IMG/VR virus record: IMGVR_UViG_3300025400_000015
Span: 967-64,966 of that record
Length of the DNA: 64,000 bases
Strand: one strand, 5' to 3'
Origin: a virus
Taxonomy: Duplodnaviria > Caudoviricetes
Shown piece by piece: positions 17,427 to 25,971 of this stretch. Under the pieces are notes generated by a model, which saw only the letters and a list, made by a program, of their open reading frames with translations, was not told where the DNA came from and did no database searches. A program made the translations under genes and the position numbers. Positions within the stretch are counted from its first letter, which is position 1; every line of letters begins with the position of its first letter.

Positions 17427-19337
17427 CTACACTCCTGCTGGGGTTGGTGCTGGTGCCATGGCGACAGCGGGTGCCATGCCTCCCTGTGGGGGCATTCCTC
17501 CCTGCGGTGGCATACCGCCACCACCGCCACCAAGCTGTCCAAGCAAATCCTGAAGGCTGGGCTTGCCCTGTGGCTGTGCGCCCTGGATTGGGTTTTCTGG
17601 GCCAACAGCCAAACCAGGCTGCTGCTGAGGCATGGGTGCCTGCTGCTGTTGCATTGCCTGCGCTTGCGCTTGCTGCTCTTCCTGCATTTCTTTGTGAATT
17701 TGGGCCACAGCTTCTTCCAACGTAGTGTGGCGCTGGTTCTTGGCCTGAGCAATGCGGGCAATGATGCTGGGGTCTAGCGACCCTTGGGCGGCTTGCTGTT
17801 CAAGGCCCGTAAGAAGCGCTTTACGCAAACCTTCAATTTCAACCAAGTCCGCTTCACGCGCCGGGTCTTTGATCGCCGGGTCCATGGTTCGTGCGGTTTC
17901 ATTGGACATAATGCCCATGCCAACACGCTGTCCAATAGCAACCACCATAGAATCGATGTCGCTTCCCGGCATTGGGTAGACAACTTTTGAAACGTCCGTT
18001 TCGAAAGTTTCTTTAGGCGTGTAATCAGGTCGTGCAATTTTTCCGTCCGTTCCAAAGAAAAACATGCTTGGCTTGTTGCCATAGTACGCCTTCATAATCT
18101 TTACTGCGCGACTGTTTTCCAACTCCATTGAGTTGGCCAGGATTTCCTGGTACTCCTGAAGCGGCATGTCGATCGCGGAACCAAGAACGGTAGCACCACG
18201 GCGAGCGGTGCGGATGTTAGAACCAGATTCACCGTTGAGCTCTGACGGAATGTTACCCGTCATACGCTGAGCGCGCTCAAGGTTGCTTATGGCAATTTGG
18301 GCGTCCTGGGTCTGCTGGGGGTGGATAATTTGGATCTGTCCCTTGTCAATAACTCCTCGAATACCCATCTTGCCATCGGCTTCTTGGATAATTCGGGGAC
18401 TTGTGGGTGCGTTGGCAGGGGAAACCACCCATTCGTCGGGAAAGACATTTCGGAAAACGGCGATGGTGTTAAGTGCGTCAAGCTTTGCCTCTCGCTGGTA
18501 CATGCCGAGCATTTGGTCAAACTGACCCTGCAAACGGTCGAGGGTAATGCGACCGGCGATTACAACAGGGCAAACCTCTGCGCGGTTGGGAATTCGTTCA
18601 AGAATAATGTGCGAAGCGGCGCCCTTGCCAACCTCTTGCGAAAACGGCGTGGCCTTAGGTTTTTCGGCGCCAACAGCAACCATGACGGTTTCGTTGGCAT
18701 CCATGTATTCCAAGATCTGGAACAGGTCGGACTTGCCCCTGTCGCCACGGTACAGCACCGACATTTGCTGGGGGTAGTTATCCTGCAGCCAACCAAGGGG
18801 TCGACGGTCGGCAAAGATGCAGTCAGTTGGCTCCATGTTGTCGGGGTCGACCATGGGCGAAGGGTAGGTGGCCAGCGGGTTCCGAACTCGCCAGAATGGG
18901 ATCTGTCGGCGGTCGCTGGGGTCGAGGGCTACGGGCGATAACGAAATGGCTGACATGCCATAAGCCGTCAAGTGGCGGGCGCGACGGCGCACCTTGGTGG
19001 TCATCTTGTTCATGTCCCACCAGCCAAGGTTTGCCAGTCGGCGGTCATGCGCCTTGTTTTCTGAAAGCTGAATGCCGTTACGAAGGGCTGGGTACTGAAT
19101 GTCCGGCATGACTGACGCCACGCGCATAGAGAACTGGTCAATGCCCTGGGCAATAAGGTTAGGGATGGCGGGGCGCTCAGCTTCGTCCAGCTCGGGCAAA
19201 GGCACAATGACATCGCCGTTGTAGTGGTCGCGGACCTCGGCCATGCGCTTAAAGATGCCCGAACGGCTCATCTGCCGTTCCTGGAACATAGAAACGATTT
19301 GGCTTGCAGCCTTTTCGTTGTCAAGGGCCAATGCCAT
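17427..19337 (-). CDS. Portal protein
   Basis: 636 aa directly after terminase, helical with low-complexity Q/P/G tail typical of podoviral portals; near-identical homologue at 56880..58769. Confidence 0.8.
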   Translation of the reverse strand: MALALDNEKAASQIVSMFQERQMSRSGIFKRMAEVRDHYNGDVIVPLPELDEAERPAIPNLIAQGIDQFSMRVASVMPDIQYPALRNGIQLSENKAHDRRLANLGWWDMNKMTTKVRRRARHLTAYGMSAISLSPVALDPSDRRQIPFWRVRNPLATYPSPMVDPDNMEPTDCIFADRRPLGWLQDNYPQQMSVLYRGDRGKSDLFQILEYMDANETVMVAVGAEKPKATPFSQEVGKGAASHIILERIPNRAEVCPVVIAGRITLDRLQGQFDQMLGMYQREAKLDALNTIAVFRNVFPDEWVVSPANAPTSPRIIQEADGKMGIRGVIDKGQIQIIHPQQTQDAQIAISNLERAQRMTGNIPSELNGESGSNIRTARRGATVLGSAIDMPLQEYQEILANSMELENSRAVKIMKAYYGNKPSMFFFGTDGKIARPDYTPKETFETDVSKVVYPMPGSDIDSMVVAIGQRVGMGIMSNETARTMDPAIKDPAREADLVEIEGLRKALLTGLEQQAAQGSLDPSIIARIAQAKNQRHTTLEEAVAQIHKEMQEEQQAQAQAMQQQQAPMPQQQPGLAVGPENPIQGAQPQGKPSLQDLLGQLGGGGGGMPPQGGMPPQGGMAPAVAMAPAPTPAGV

Positions 19338-19340
19338 GTA

Positions 19341-21254
19341 TTACCTCAAGTTCGCTAGTTGGGTGTTGCGTACCCACTTGGGGCGCCATGCCTGGACCGC
19401 AATGGATCGTGGCTGGTGCAAGTTTGGAATGTTCCATTCAAAGAACCATTCCGCCATTACGCAGTCGTCTGTACGCCCGTGAGGGTACTTGGTTACCTCG
19501 TCGATAAGATGCATCGACCGGGTTTTGCCTTCACCCTTACCCATCAATCTTACACGACCAAATCGCCAATGTTGGGAAATCGTCGTAACACCGTAATTTG
19601 GGTCACTCTTGTTACTGGTGGTATTGTGAGGAATTACTTCGACGCCGCTGAGTTGCCGCCATCTTTTAAAATGGTCGTACTGAAGCATGAATCGCTGGGC
19701 GGCATTTTGTTCAATAATCCACCACTGTATCGGGAAACCGATACTGGTCGATAAACGCTGCCATTCTTCCATGACCCCAGTGAATTCACCGAGATTGTAG
19801 TTGTATTCCAAAAACTCCGGGGCTTCCATCTTCTTACGAATAAGGTCAAGCAAAAACCGTTGTTGGCTTTCAGGATGGTATAGCCAGCATTGAATCGACC
19901 AATAATTAGTTGGCGACGGGTCTGCCGTGGCGATAACCATGCAATCGGCTGGATTAAGCCCCGGGGGTATCTCCCAACGGTCTCTATCTTTGTCAATGCA
20001 CCCCACGCTCCCTCCGTGTCCGTAGACCCATTCATTCCGAACCAGCGTCTCATCTAGCGCAATGTCTTCTTGCTGGTAGACGACCGCAAAGCGTTCACCA
20101 CGGTTTGACATAAGATTCGATATTTCGCGCCATGGGAGTCGACGGGGGTCCAAAAGGCAACCCGTAGGATACGCTTCAGATCCTCTTTTGTGGAAAGCGG
20201 GGTCGCATCGATCTTCGTAATGGGCACGGTACAGCAGGTGCTTGTACTTCTTGTCGTGTCGGAGATTGGCGATTTCATCATCGGTAAGTTCGTCAAGTAT
20301 TTCATCTTCCTCCAAGGGCTGGGTCATGTCCAGCGCAAAGCGATATAGGTCATCAGGAGCAAGCCGCTGGCCAATAAGGGCAAGCATGCCAGCAGGTTCC
20401 AGACGAGTCTCGGCCACGTCTTGGTACCAGTCTTCCATGGCTTCTCGCTGTTCAGCACTTCGTACTTTACGAGGGTCCACAAGGTCGTCCCAAAAACAAC
20501 CATCAAAGCGGCCACCAATAAAACCTGAGTCCATACCGTAAGCACTGAGCGTTGGTTCCTTTTCTGAGATAGCGCCGTTTTCTTCGGGCTGCATAACAAT
20601 AAATGCTTCATTGGTCCAAAGCTCTTTTTCCAAAGGCTTAAACCGGCCAAAGTCAAGGGCTAGGGTTGATTCGGCGTCGACCGCTTGTCCACGGGCTTTA
20701 AGGTTGTCATCGGCCAATTCAGGAATGACGCGCTCTAGGGAACGGCGAACGCGCATTAGGTTTCGCTTAGCCAGGCTCATTGTGGCCGATCCGGTCAGCA
20801 AACGCACTGCTCGGTTTCGGCAAATGATCCAGCACGTCAAATCGTGGAGCAAGGTCGTTTTACCAGAACCCGGGGGCATGTTCATGACCACGTATTCTTT
20901 TTGCTCAGACTCTAAGAGTTTGACCAGTTCAGTACCGGCTTCTTCCTGCCACGGCGTAGCGATGCGCCCAAAGTACCGGCGCCGAAAATACCCAAAATCC
21001 TCTAAGGCCAGCTTGGCTTCTTCGCACAAACTGTCGTATGGCTTGGGCCCTTCAAGCTTGGCTTCTACCTTAAGCTCTCGGTAGTTGGACGCTGACGTGT
21101 CCATTTGATCTGCCGCTTTTAGCGTTTGGGCGGCTTTCTCTACGCGGTAGGCCGTAGCTTCCGAAAACTTTGCTTTGCGGGCGCTGTCGGCAATGGAGAA
21201 ACCAGCCGTGCGCGCTTCAAAGTATTTTTTGCGTTGGGCGGGAGTAACAGCCAT
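19341..21254 (-). CDS. terL: Terminase large subunit with N-terminal HTH-like extension
   Basis: Walker A MPPGSGKTT, Walker B FWDDLVD, YQQE, nuclease ATADP, IEQNAAQ and HGRTDDCVMA motifs. Confidence 0.92.
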   Translation of the reverse strand: MAVTPAQRKKYFEARTAGFSIADSARKAKFSEATAYRVEKAAQTLKAADQMDTSASNYRELKVEAKLEGPKPYDSLCEEAKLALEDFGYFRRRYFGRIATPWQEEAGTELVKLLESEQKEYVVMNMPPGSGKTTLLHDLTCWIICRNRAVRLLTGSATMSLAKRNLMRVRRSLERVIPELADDNLKARGQAVDAESTLALDFGRFKPLEKELWTNEAFIVMQPEENGAISEKEPTLSAYGMDSGFIGGRFDGCFWDDLVDPRKVRSAEQREAMEDWYQDVAETRLEPAGMLALIGQRLAPDDLYRFALDMTQPLEEDEILDELTDDEIANLRHDKKYKHLLYRAHYEDRCDPAFHKRGSEAYPTGCLLDPRRLPWREISNLMSNRGERFAVVYQQEDIALDETLVRNEWVYGHGGSVGCIDKDRDRWEIPPGLNPADCMVIATADPSPTNYWSIQCWLYHPESQQRFLLDLIRKKMEAPEFLEYNYNLGEFTGVMEEWQRLSTSIGFPIQWWIIEQNAAQRFMLQYDHFKRWRQLSGVEVIPHNTTSNKSDPNYGVTTISQHWRFGRVRLMGKGEGKTRSMHLIDEVTKYPHGRTDDCVMAEWFFEWNIPNLHQPRSIAVQAWRPKWVRNTQLANLR

Positions 21255-21502
21255 TAACTATTTAATGCGGTTGTCAGCAGTCCTGCTACTCGATACGTTG
21301 GAGTATTCCCGTAAATTGTAAAGACACCGCCCCCGCCGTCGCTGTAATCACTGACGGCGACGACGAGGCAGTAGTCCTCGATGACTGGCATTTTCCACTC
21401 TTCACCTTCATCAAGGTCGTGGTTAATGGTCGTCAAAAACTTCGGAAGGTTCTCATCCAACCATTGCCGTAGCGAGGTTGAGATTGAGTCCTCGGAAAGC
21501 AT
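21254..21502 (-). CDS. Small acidic conserved protein
   Basis: Homologue at 60687..60938 (EEWKMPV.EDYCLVVAVSDY). Confidence 0.75.
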   Translation of the reverse strand: MLSEDSISTSLRQWLDENLPKFLTTINHDLDEGEEWKMPVIEDYCLVVAVSDYSDGGGGVFTIYGNTPTYRVAGLLTTALNS

Positions 21503-21801
21503 TAGGCCTGGGGTGTCCCGGTGGGAGCAGCAGGAACAACCGGAGCGGCAGAAGCAGCAGAAGCGGCTTCTGACTGAGCCAGGATGTTGTTGATGAAGTG
21601 AACCGCAGCAATGCTGTCCGCTTCCAAGCTGTGCTTCTTCAGGAAGTGCAGGGCCTCAAGGGCAGCCGCAAACAATGCGGGCACCGTAAAGCTGATGGCC
21701 TGTACAACAGGGTTCAAGTTGAAGCCCGGGTGGATCAGGGCAACAATGGCGGTAGCCCCTGACAACAGGGCCGTGATGTGTGTGCTGATGTGCTTGGTCA
21801 T
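21502..21801 (-). CDS. Two-TM holin-like membrane protein, probably leaderless
   Basis: Start MTKHIS at 21801 matches homologue 60938..61225; ATG 6 nt after TATACT. Confidence 0.65.
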   Translation of the reverse strand: MTKHISTHITALLSGATAIVALIHPGFNLNPVVQAISFTVPALFAAALEALHFLKKHSLEADSIAAVHFINNILAQSEAASAASAAPVVPAAPTGTPQA

Positions 21802-21807
21802 GTATTC

Positions 21808-21836
21808 AGTATACACAAAAATCCCCACCAGTTACG
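21808..21836 (-). promoter_or_regulatory. Putative late promoter CGTAAC-N17-TATACT at head of packaging operon
   Basis: Same architecture at 61232-61260. Confidence 0.65.
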
Positions 21837-21848
21837 GTGGGGATTTTT
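21817..21848. terminator. Intrinsic terminator-like hairpin overlapping the late promoter
   Basis: AAAAATCCCCACC-AGTTAC-GGTGGGGATTTTT; related hairpin at 61243-61271. Confidence 0.6.
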
Positions 21849-22130
21849 GCGGAAGGGTTTTGTGTGGTTGTCCTGAGGATGGACGTTCCCAGTGTATCAC
21901 GGGTGGGACCGTATGTGTGTCAGGGGTTAAAAAATTTTTGAAGCACCGGGGTGCGAACTTGCAAAAAGGCCCCGTCCGGAGACGGGGGCCAATTTGCATC
22001 TATGAGCAAGACGGATCGCAATGTAGGTACAAACATTATAGCAGATGGAGTGCAGAGAGGGGGGTCTGGGCGGATCCAAATCTTTGGGTAGGTTACGCCG
22101 CAAACGACTGGCCGCGGCCGCCGAATGGTG

Positions 22131-22136
22131 TACACT
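22131..22136 (+). promoter_or_regulatory. -10 element (TACACT) for candidate ncRNA
   Basis: TGGTG-TACACT about 7 nt before the conserved block; TGGTG-TATCAT at the same place in copy B (61823-61828). Confidence 0.55.
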
Positions 22137-22142
22137 GGATGT

Positions 22143-22392
22143 ATCGCCATTGGCAGCGGTCGTGGGTGGAAGCCCCCGCGGAGTGTGAGTCTGGAAACAG
22201 ATACTCGCCGCAGTTACCCGGTTAGAGCGGGATTCGGTTGGCGCACCCTGAATGCAATTTGGTTGCTTTGGGGAAGAGTTGAGGAGTTGCATTGCTCCAC
22301 AAACAGTCCTTGCGCCGTGCGGAACAGGTATTGCAGACTCTTCGGAGTTGAGGGAAATGCGGGCAGAGTTGTAAGCAAACGATACTAGCCCC
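22143..22392 (+). ncRNA. Candidate structured ncRNA (~250 nt, probable pseudoknot), copy A
   Basis: Conserved with 61835-62080; several compensatory stem changes; GAAA and UUCG tetraloops; upstream -10. Confidence 0.75.
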
Positions 22393-22729
22393 CATAATCC
22401 CGAGGTAGAAAACCTTCCGCCGCGGATGACACCCACTGATAGTACTTTTGATAGATACGACGCATAGCCGCGGCCGCGACCGCGGCGCCTGGCCTGGTGA
22501 CGAGAATGACAGTTTTCGGTAGAGGGGATAACAACTCTTGGTAGCACGACGGGCTCGGCACACACCCGGTCAAGTCGCTGGTAAACACAGAGTTTTTTTC
22601 CACACCAGAATATGTGTGCCTCGCATTTTACGGAACCGACCCGGTTCCATATCCTCCCGGGCAAACTTGGAAGGGATACCTTCCAAAGTTTGCAGTTCCG
22701 CTTGCAACCAGCCAGAATGAGAAACAAAT

Positions 22730-23500
22730 TGGAGGGGAAGGCGTTGGATTAGCAAGACGGCTAAAGCCGACTAATCCGGGATCCTCCCGCTAGTAAGACG
22801 CCGACGGGGGCGTCGTCATCTTACTGCACGGGCCCCTCCCGGTTCATGAGTGTCGCCCTAAATTTGCAGCCTGCATTTACAACGCACGTTTGCGGGGGCG
22901 TAAACCCAACGATCCGTAAGTTCGGGGAAACCCCTCTCTAACGGACTCGGTAGGTTTCACACCCTTTGAGCAAACGCACGTTGTTGCAGGCTCAAATTTA
23001 CCAAATCTCGCGATTTGGACGGGCGCCACCGTCCGGCTGGGAATCGCGGCGAGCGGCCCGGCCCCAAGGGGCCTATGGTTTGGTCAGTCCCAAAAGCGGA
23101 CTGACCGCACCTATGCCGCTACGGCTTGTCCGAGGGGGGGAGTGAACCCCCCCCGTCGGCCTACGCCTGTCGCCTCCGGCCAAACTCACACACAGTTGGT
23201 TCCATGGTACGGGATAAATTTCGCGTGTCAATCCGTAAACGGACGGGAGCCTGCATTGCGCCCCTGCGGGGCACAATTCTTAGCAGGCTTCTCAGAAACT
23301 TTTCACAATTACGGCCCCCCGCAAGCGGGGCCCCCCGGAATTCTGAAAACTTCCTGCGACGCGTTCCGCGCCCTGTTGACACACGAAATTCACCCCCTTC
23401 GCCGCCCGCGCCAACGACGCACTGCGTCGTTGTCACGTTCGCCTCGGCCATTTGCTAAGCCCCACACGTTCGCTAGCGAACGTGAGTGGCAAAGCAAACG
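22730..23500. other. Hairpin-dense non-coding region (large ncRNA, origin or terminus region)
   Basis: More than ten consecutive inverted repeats, e.g. 22860-23000 and 23247-23291; no credible ORF. Confidence 0.5.
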
Positions 23501-23549
23501 CCGTCCTCCTGTCCCAACTATGCGTGAGATGCGCGCATAGGGAAAGAGG

Positions 23550-23966
23550 ATGAGTATGGGAAAGTTTATAACGATTCTGGTTTGTGGGAGTCGCACGTTC
23601 AAGGACGAAGCCTTCATGCGGAACAAGTTGAGCAATGTAATTGCCGACCTCGGCGTTGAAGCAACCGACGTGAAGTTGATCACGGGTGGCGCTGCAGGTG
23701 CCGACACGATCGCTGAAAAAATCGGCCGTGGGTGGAAGTGGGAAGTGAGCGTGTTCAAAGCCGACTGGACAGCCGAACCCAAGCGTGCTGGGTACATCAG
23801 AAACCAGCGCATGCTTGACGAAGGCAAGCCGAACCTCGTGCTCGCATTTTTCGGGCCCGCTGAAGACGACTCCCGAGGCACTTCCATGATGGTTGACATC
23901 GCCCGCAAGGCTGGAGTGCCCGGCTGGTCGTACCGTCCGCACATCACGCCTGACCCGATTCCCTAG
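23550..23966 (+). CDS. YspA-related SLOG family protein (DUF2493-like)
   Basis: ILVCGSR, ITGGAAGAD, ADW...AGYIRNQRM, VLAF...SRGT..MV..ARKAG motifs. Confidence 0.85.
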   Translation: MSMGKFITILVCGSRTFKDEAFMRNKLSNVIADLGVEATDVKLITGGAAGADTIAEKIGRGWKWEVSVFKADWTAEPKRAGYIRNQRMLDEGKPNLVLAFFGPAEDDSRGTSMMVDIARKAGVPGWSYRPHITPDPIP

Positions 23967-24037
23967 TTCGCAGTACGGTATGGGTTCCACCGCTAAAGGG
24001 CCCAACCAACCAACTAAGTATCGAGAAAGGATACACC

Positions 24038-24292
24038 ATGCAGTTTGAATTTCAGGCAACCCTTCAGACGGTTGCAAAGCAGTTGTTCGACGCCACCTAC
24101 GGGGTAGGCGTTCCGTCCAGTGAGCGCGATGGCGCGTTCAAGGCGCTTGGCGAGTTTGAGGCCCTTGCGGAAGCAGGGCACCCAGACGCCGTCTACGTTC
24201 TTGCGTGGTACGACCGCCTCATCACCGATTGGGAAGCCGAGGTCGAACGTTACGAACTCGAACTCGCTGACGCAAGTTGGGAGGTGATGTGA
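24038..24292 (+). CDS. Acidic hypothetical early protein
   Basis: GAAAGGA RBS; coupled to next ORF. Confidence 0.65.
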   Translation: MQFEFQATLQTVAKQLFDATYGVGVPSSERDGAFKALGEFEALAEAGHPDAVYVLAWYDRLITDWEAEVERYELELADASWEVM

Positions 24293-24468
24293 TGTGGGTT
24301 GACCTGCAAGCAACGCTGGTGATTGCAGCGCCGATGTTGTTCGTGCTTCTCGCCTTCTTGGTCGAGGAGTGGTTCACTGACTTCACCAGCCCACAGGCAA
24401 AGCGCCGCCGCCGCCGCAACCGCCGTATCCGCGCCCGCCGCAAAGCAGCACGCAGAAGCGGTTGGTGA
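24292..24468 (+). CDS. Small membrane protein with poly-Arg tail
   Basis: One TM segment followed by KRRRRRNRRIRARRK; TGATG overlap. Confidence 0.5.
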   Translation: MWVDLQATLVIAAPMLFVLLAFLVEEWFTDFTSPQAKRRRRRNRRIRARRKAARRSGW

Positions 24469-24621
24469 AGTCATGAAGTCGAAGAGAAAGAAAGGAGGTG
24501 AGACCATGAGCAAGACGGAATTTGCAAGAGAGGTCGCTCGCGCAGCCGAGGCCGACGAGGAACCAAGGAAATAGGGGGTAACGCCCCTAAACGGTTCAGC
24601 AATAAAAAATCCGAAGGTCGT

Positions 24622-24660
24622 ACCCTACCGAGAGGCTTTTTCAAGCCTCTCGGTAGGGTT
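24622..24660 (+). terminator. Strong hairpin, terminator-like
   Basis: ACCCTACCGAGAGGCTT-TTTC-AAGCCTCTCGGTAGGGT perfect inverted repeat. Confidence 0.55.
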
Positions 24661-24756
24661 CAGCGAAGGGTGTCTTGTATAGTGCAAGATTATCCTTTGC
24701 AATCAAAATCTGAAGGGAAAGTCCCGGAAGAAAACAAGTTACCGAGAAAGGGTAAT

Positions 24757-25971
24757 ATGCCTGAAGGCTACGAGCGTGAACTCGTAAACTCACAAGCGCC
24801 CAGTGACGTCATCACTGAATTCGCCACCATCGACGGAGAAACCATGGAGTTCGATTCGGACACCATGACCCGTTGCGAGCGAACCACCTGCGACAACGCG
24901 TGGCTCAACGATTCATATGACTATATGAATGTCTTTACGTTGGGCGGCGAACAGCAGTGGTGCGAAGACTGCGCCAACCTGCGATCATGGGTTTGTGACT
25001 CATGCTCCAACTGGTACGACTCGTACTACGAAAGTTCCACCTGCGTTGACGACGAATCCAGCGTCTGCACTGAATGTGACGAAAACACGTGGTACTGCGA
25101 CAGTTGCGAAACCAACCACTGGGATGGCCACACTTGCGAGCGCGTAGAACAAGAGTTGATGTCCTACACCTTCAAGCCACGTCCAATTCACAAGTTCGCC
25201 AGCAATGAGGTCTGGAATGGAGCCCAAGGGTACCCCACTCCCACCTACGGCATCGAACTTGAGTCGGAAAACGTAACAAACCAGTTGCACGAAGCAATCG
25301 CCGCGTTCCGCAAGCACTACACGATGGACGACTTCTACCTCAAGTCGGACGGCTCGCTGTCCTACGGCATGGAGATTGTCAGCCACCCTCGGTCGCTTGC
25401 GTCGTGGCGGGAAATTGCTCCCGAACTGGCCGTAGCGCTCAAGGAATTGAGCAATCTCGGTCAGCGCGCTTGGTCGCAAACTCGTGCTGGTTTGCACATC
25501 CACGTTGGACGTAAGAACTTCACCACCAGCCACGCGGCTCGTTTCGTGATGTTGTTTGCGCGCAACGCAGAAGACTGGATCCGTCTCGCCAACCGCAAGA
25601 CCTCGTACGCGTTGTTCAGCGGAATCGAAGGGGCTGCCGTCATGAAGGTCAAAAACCCAACGTGGGCTGCTCACTCCGACGCCGTCAACACTGGCGCCAA
25701 CGGTGGAACAACGATCGAAATTCGTATCTTCCGTCCATCGCTGTCAGTCGGCCGCGTAATCGGTTCAATTGAGTTGGTCGATGCAGCAATTGCGTACACG
25801 CGCAACATGACCGCATACGATGCCATCCGCGGGGCTCTGGCCTACGACGAGTTCAAGAAGTACGTCATGTCGTGCGACAACTGGCCAATGGCCAAGAACA
25901 TCATGCGTGGCTTGCGCTTCAACATGGAAATTCTCCCGCCCGACAATCGTGGAGACCGCTCATGTGCGTGA
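24757..25971 (+). CDS. Putative amidoligase (COOH-NH2 ligase type 2) with N-terminal CxxC zinc-finger repeats
   Basis: YGIELE, KSDGSL..GMEIVSHP, AGLHIHVGR, TIEIRIFR; start at ATG 24757 after GAAAGG. Confidence 0.85.
   Translation: MPEGYERELVNSQAPSDVITEFATIDGETMEFDSDTMTRCERTTCDNAWLNDSYDYMNVFTLGGEQQWCEDCANLRSWVCDSCSNWYDSYYESSTCVDDESSVCTECDENTWYCDSCETNHWDGHTCERVEQELMSYTFKPRPIHKFASNEVWNGAQGYPTPTYGIELESENVTNQLHEAIAAFRKHYTMDDFYLKSDGSLSYGMEIVSHPRSLASWREIAPELAVALKELSNLGQRAWSQTRAGLHIHVGRKNFTTSHAARFVMLFARNAEDWIRLANRKTSYALFSGIEGAAVMKVKNPTWAAHSDAVNTGANGGTTIEIRIFRPSLSVGRVIGSIELVDAAIAYTRNMTAYDAIRGALAYDEFKKYVMSCDNWPMAKNIMRGLRFNMEILPPDNRGDRSCA

Larger units (their letters stand above)
1..22580 (-). mobile_element. 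Phage virion/packaging module, copy A (left end truncated by the window)
   Basis: Contiguous - strand operon terminase > portal > giant internal protein > scaffold > capsid > tail fibre, collinear with 41-62.4 kb. Confidence 0.9.

Noticed and set aside
7925-21084. Many long + strand ORFs opposite structural genes (likewise 46-60 kb)
   Set aside because: Antisense shadows in GC-rich coding DNA; no RBS or motifs, and mostly not conserved between copies.
22240-22361. HDV-like/theta ribozyme or group I intron core within the ncRNA
   Set aside because: The helix order is loosely HDV-like, but there is no catalytic C in the J4/2-equivalent (GAGGGA) and no clear P3/L3. Group I P/Q/R/S elements are not in order and no gene is interrupted.
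22125-22388. Apparent conserved ORF (IAIGSGRGW...YPVRAGFGWRTLN) shared with 61481..62032
   Set aside because: Several substitutions hit first codon positions (KP>ES, T>A), the frames diverge after an indel, and starts and stops are not shared. The changes instead preserve base pairing, so RNA-level conservation is the better explanation.
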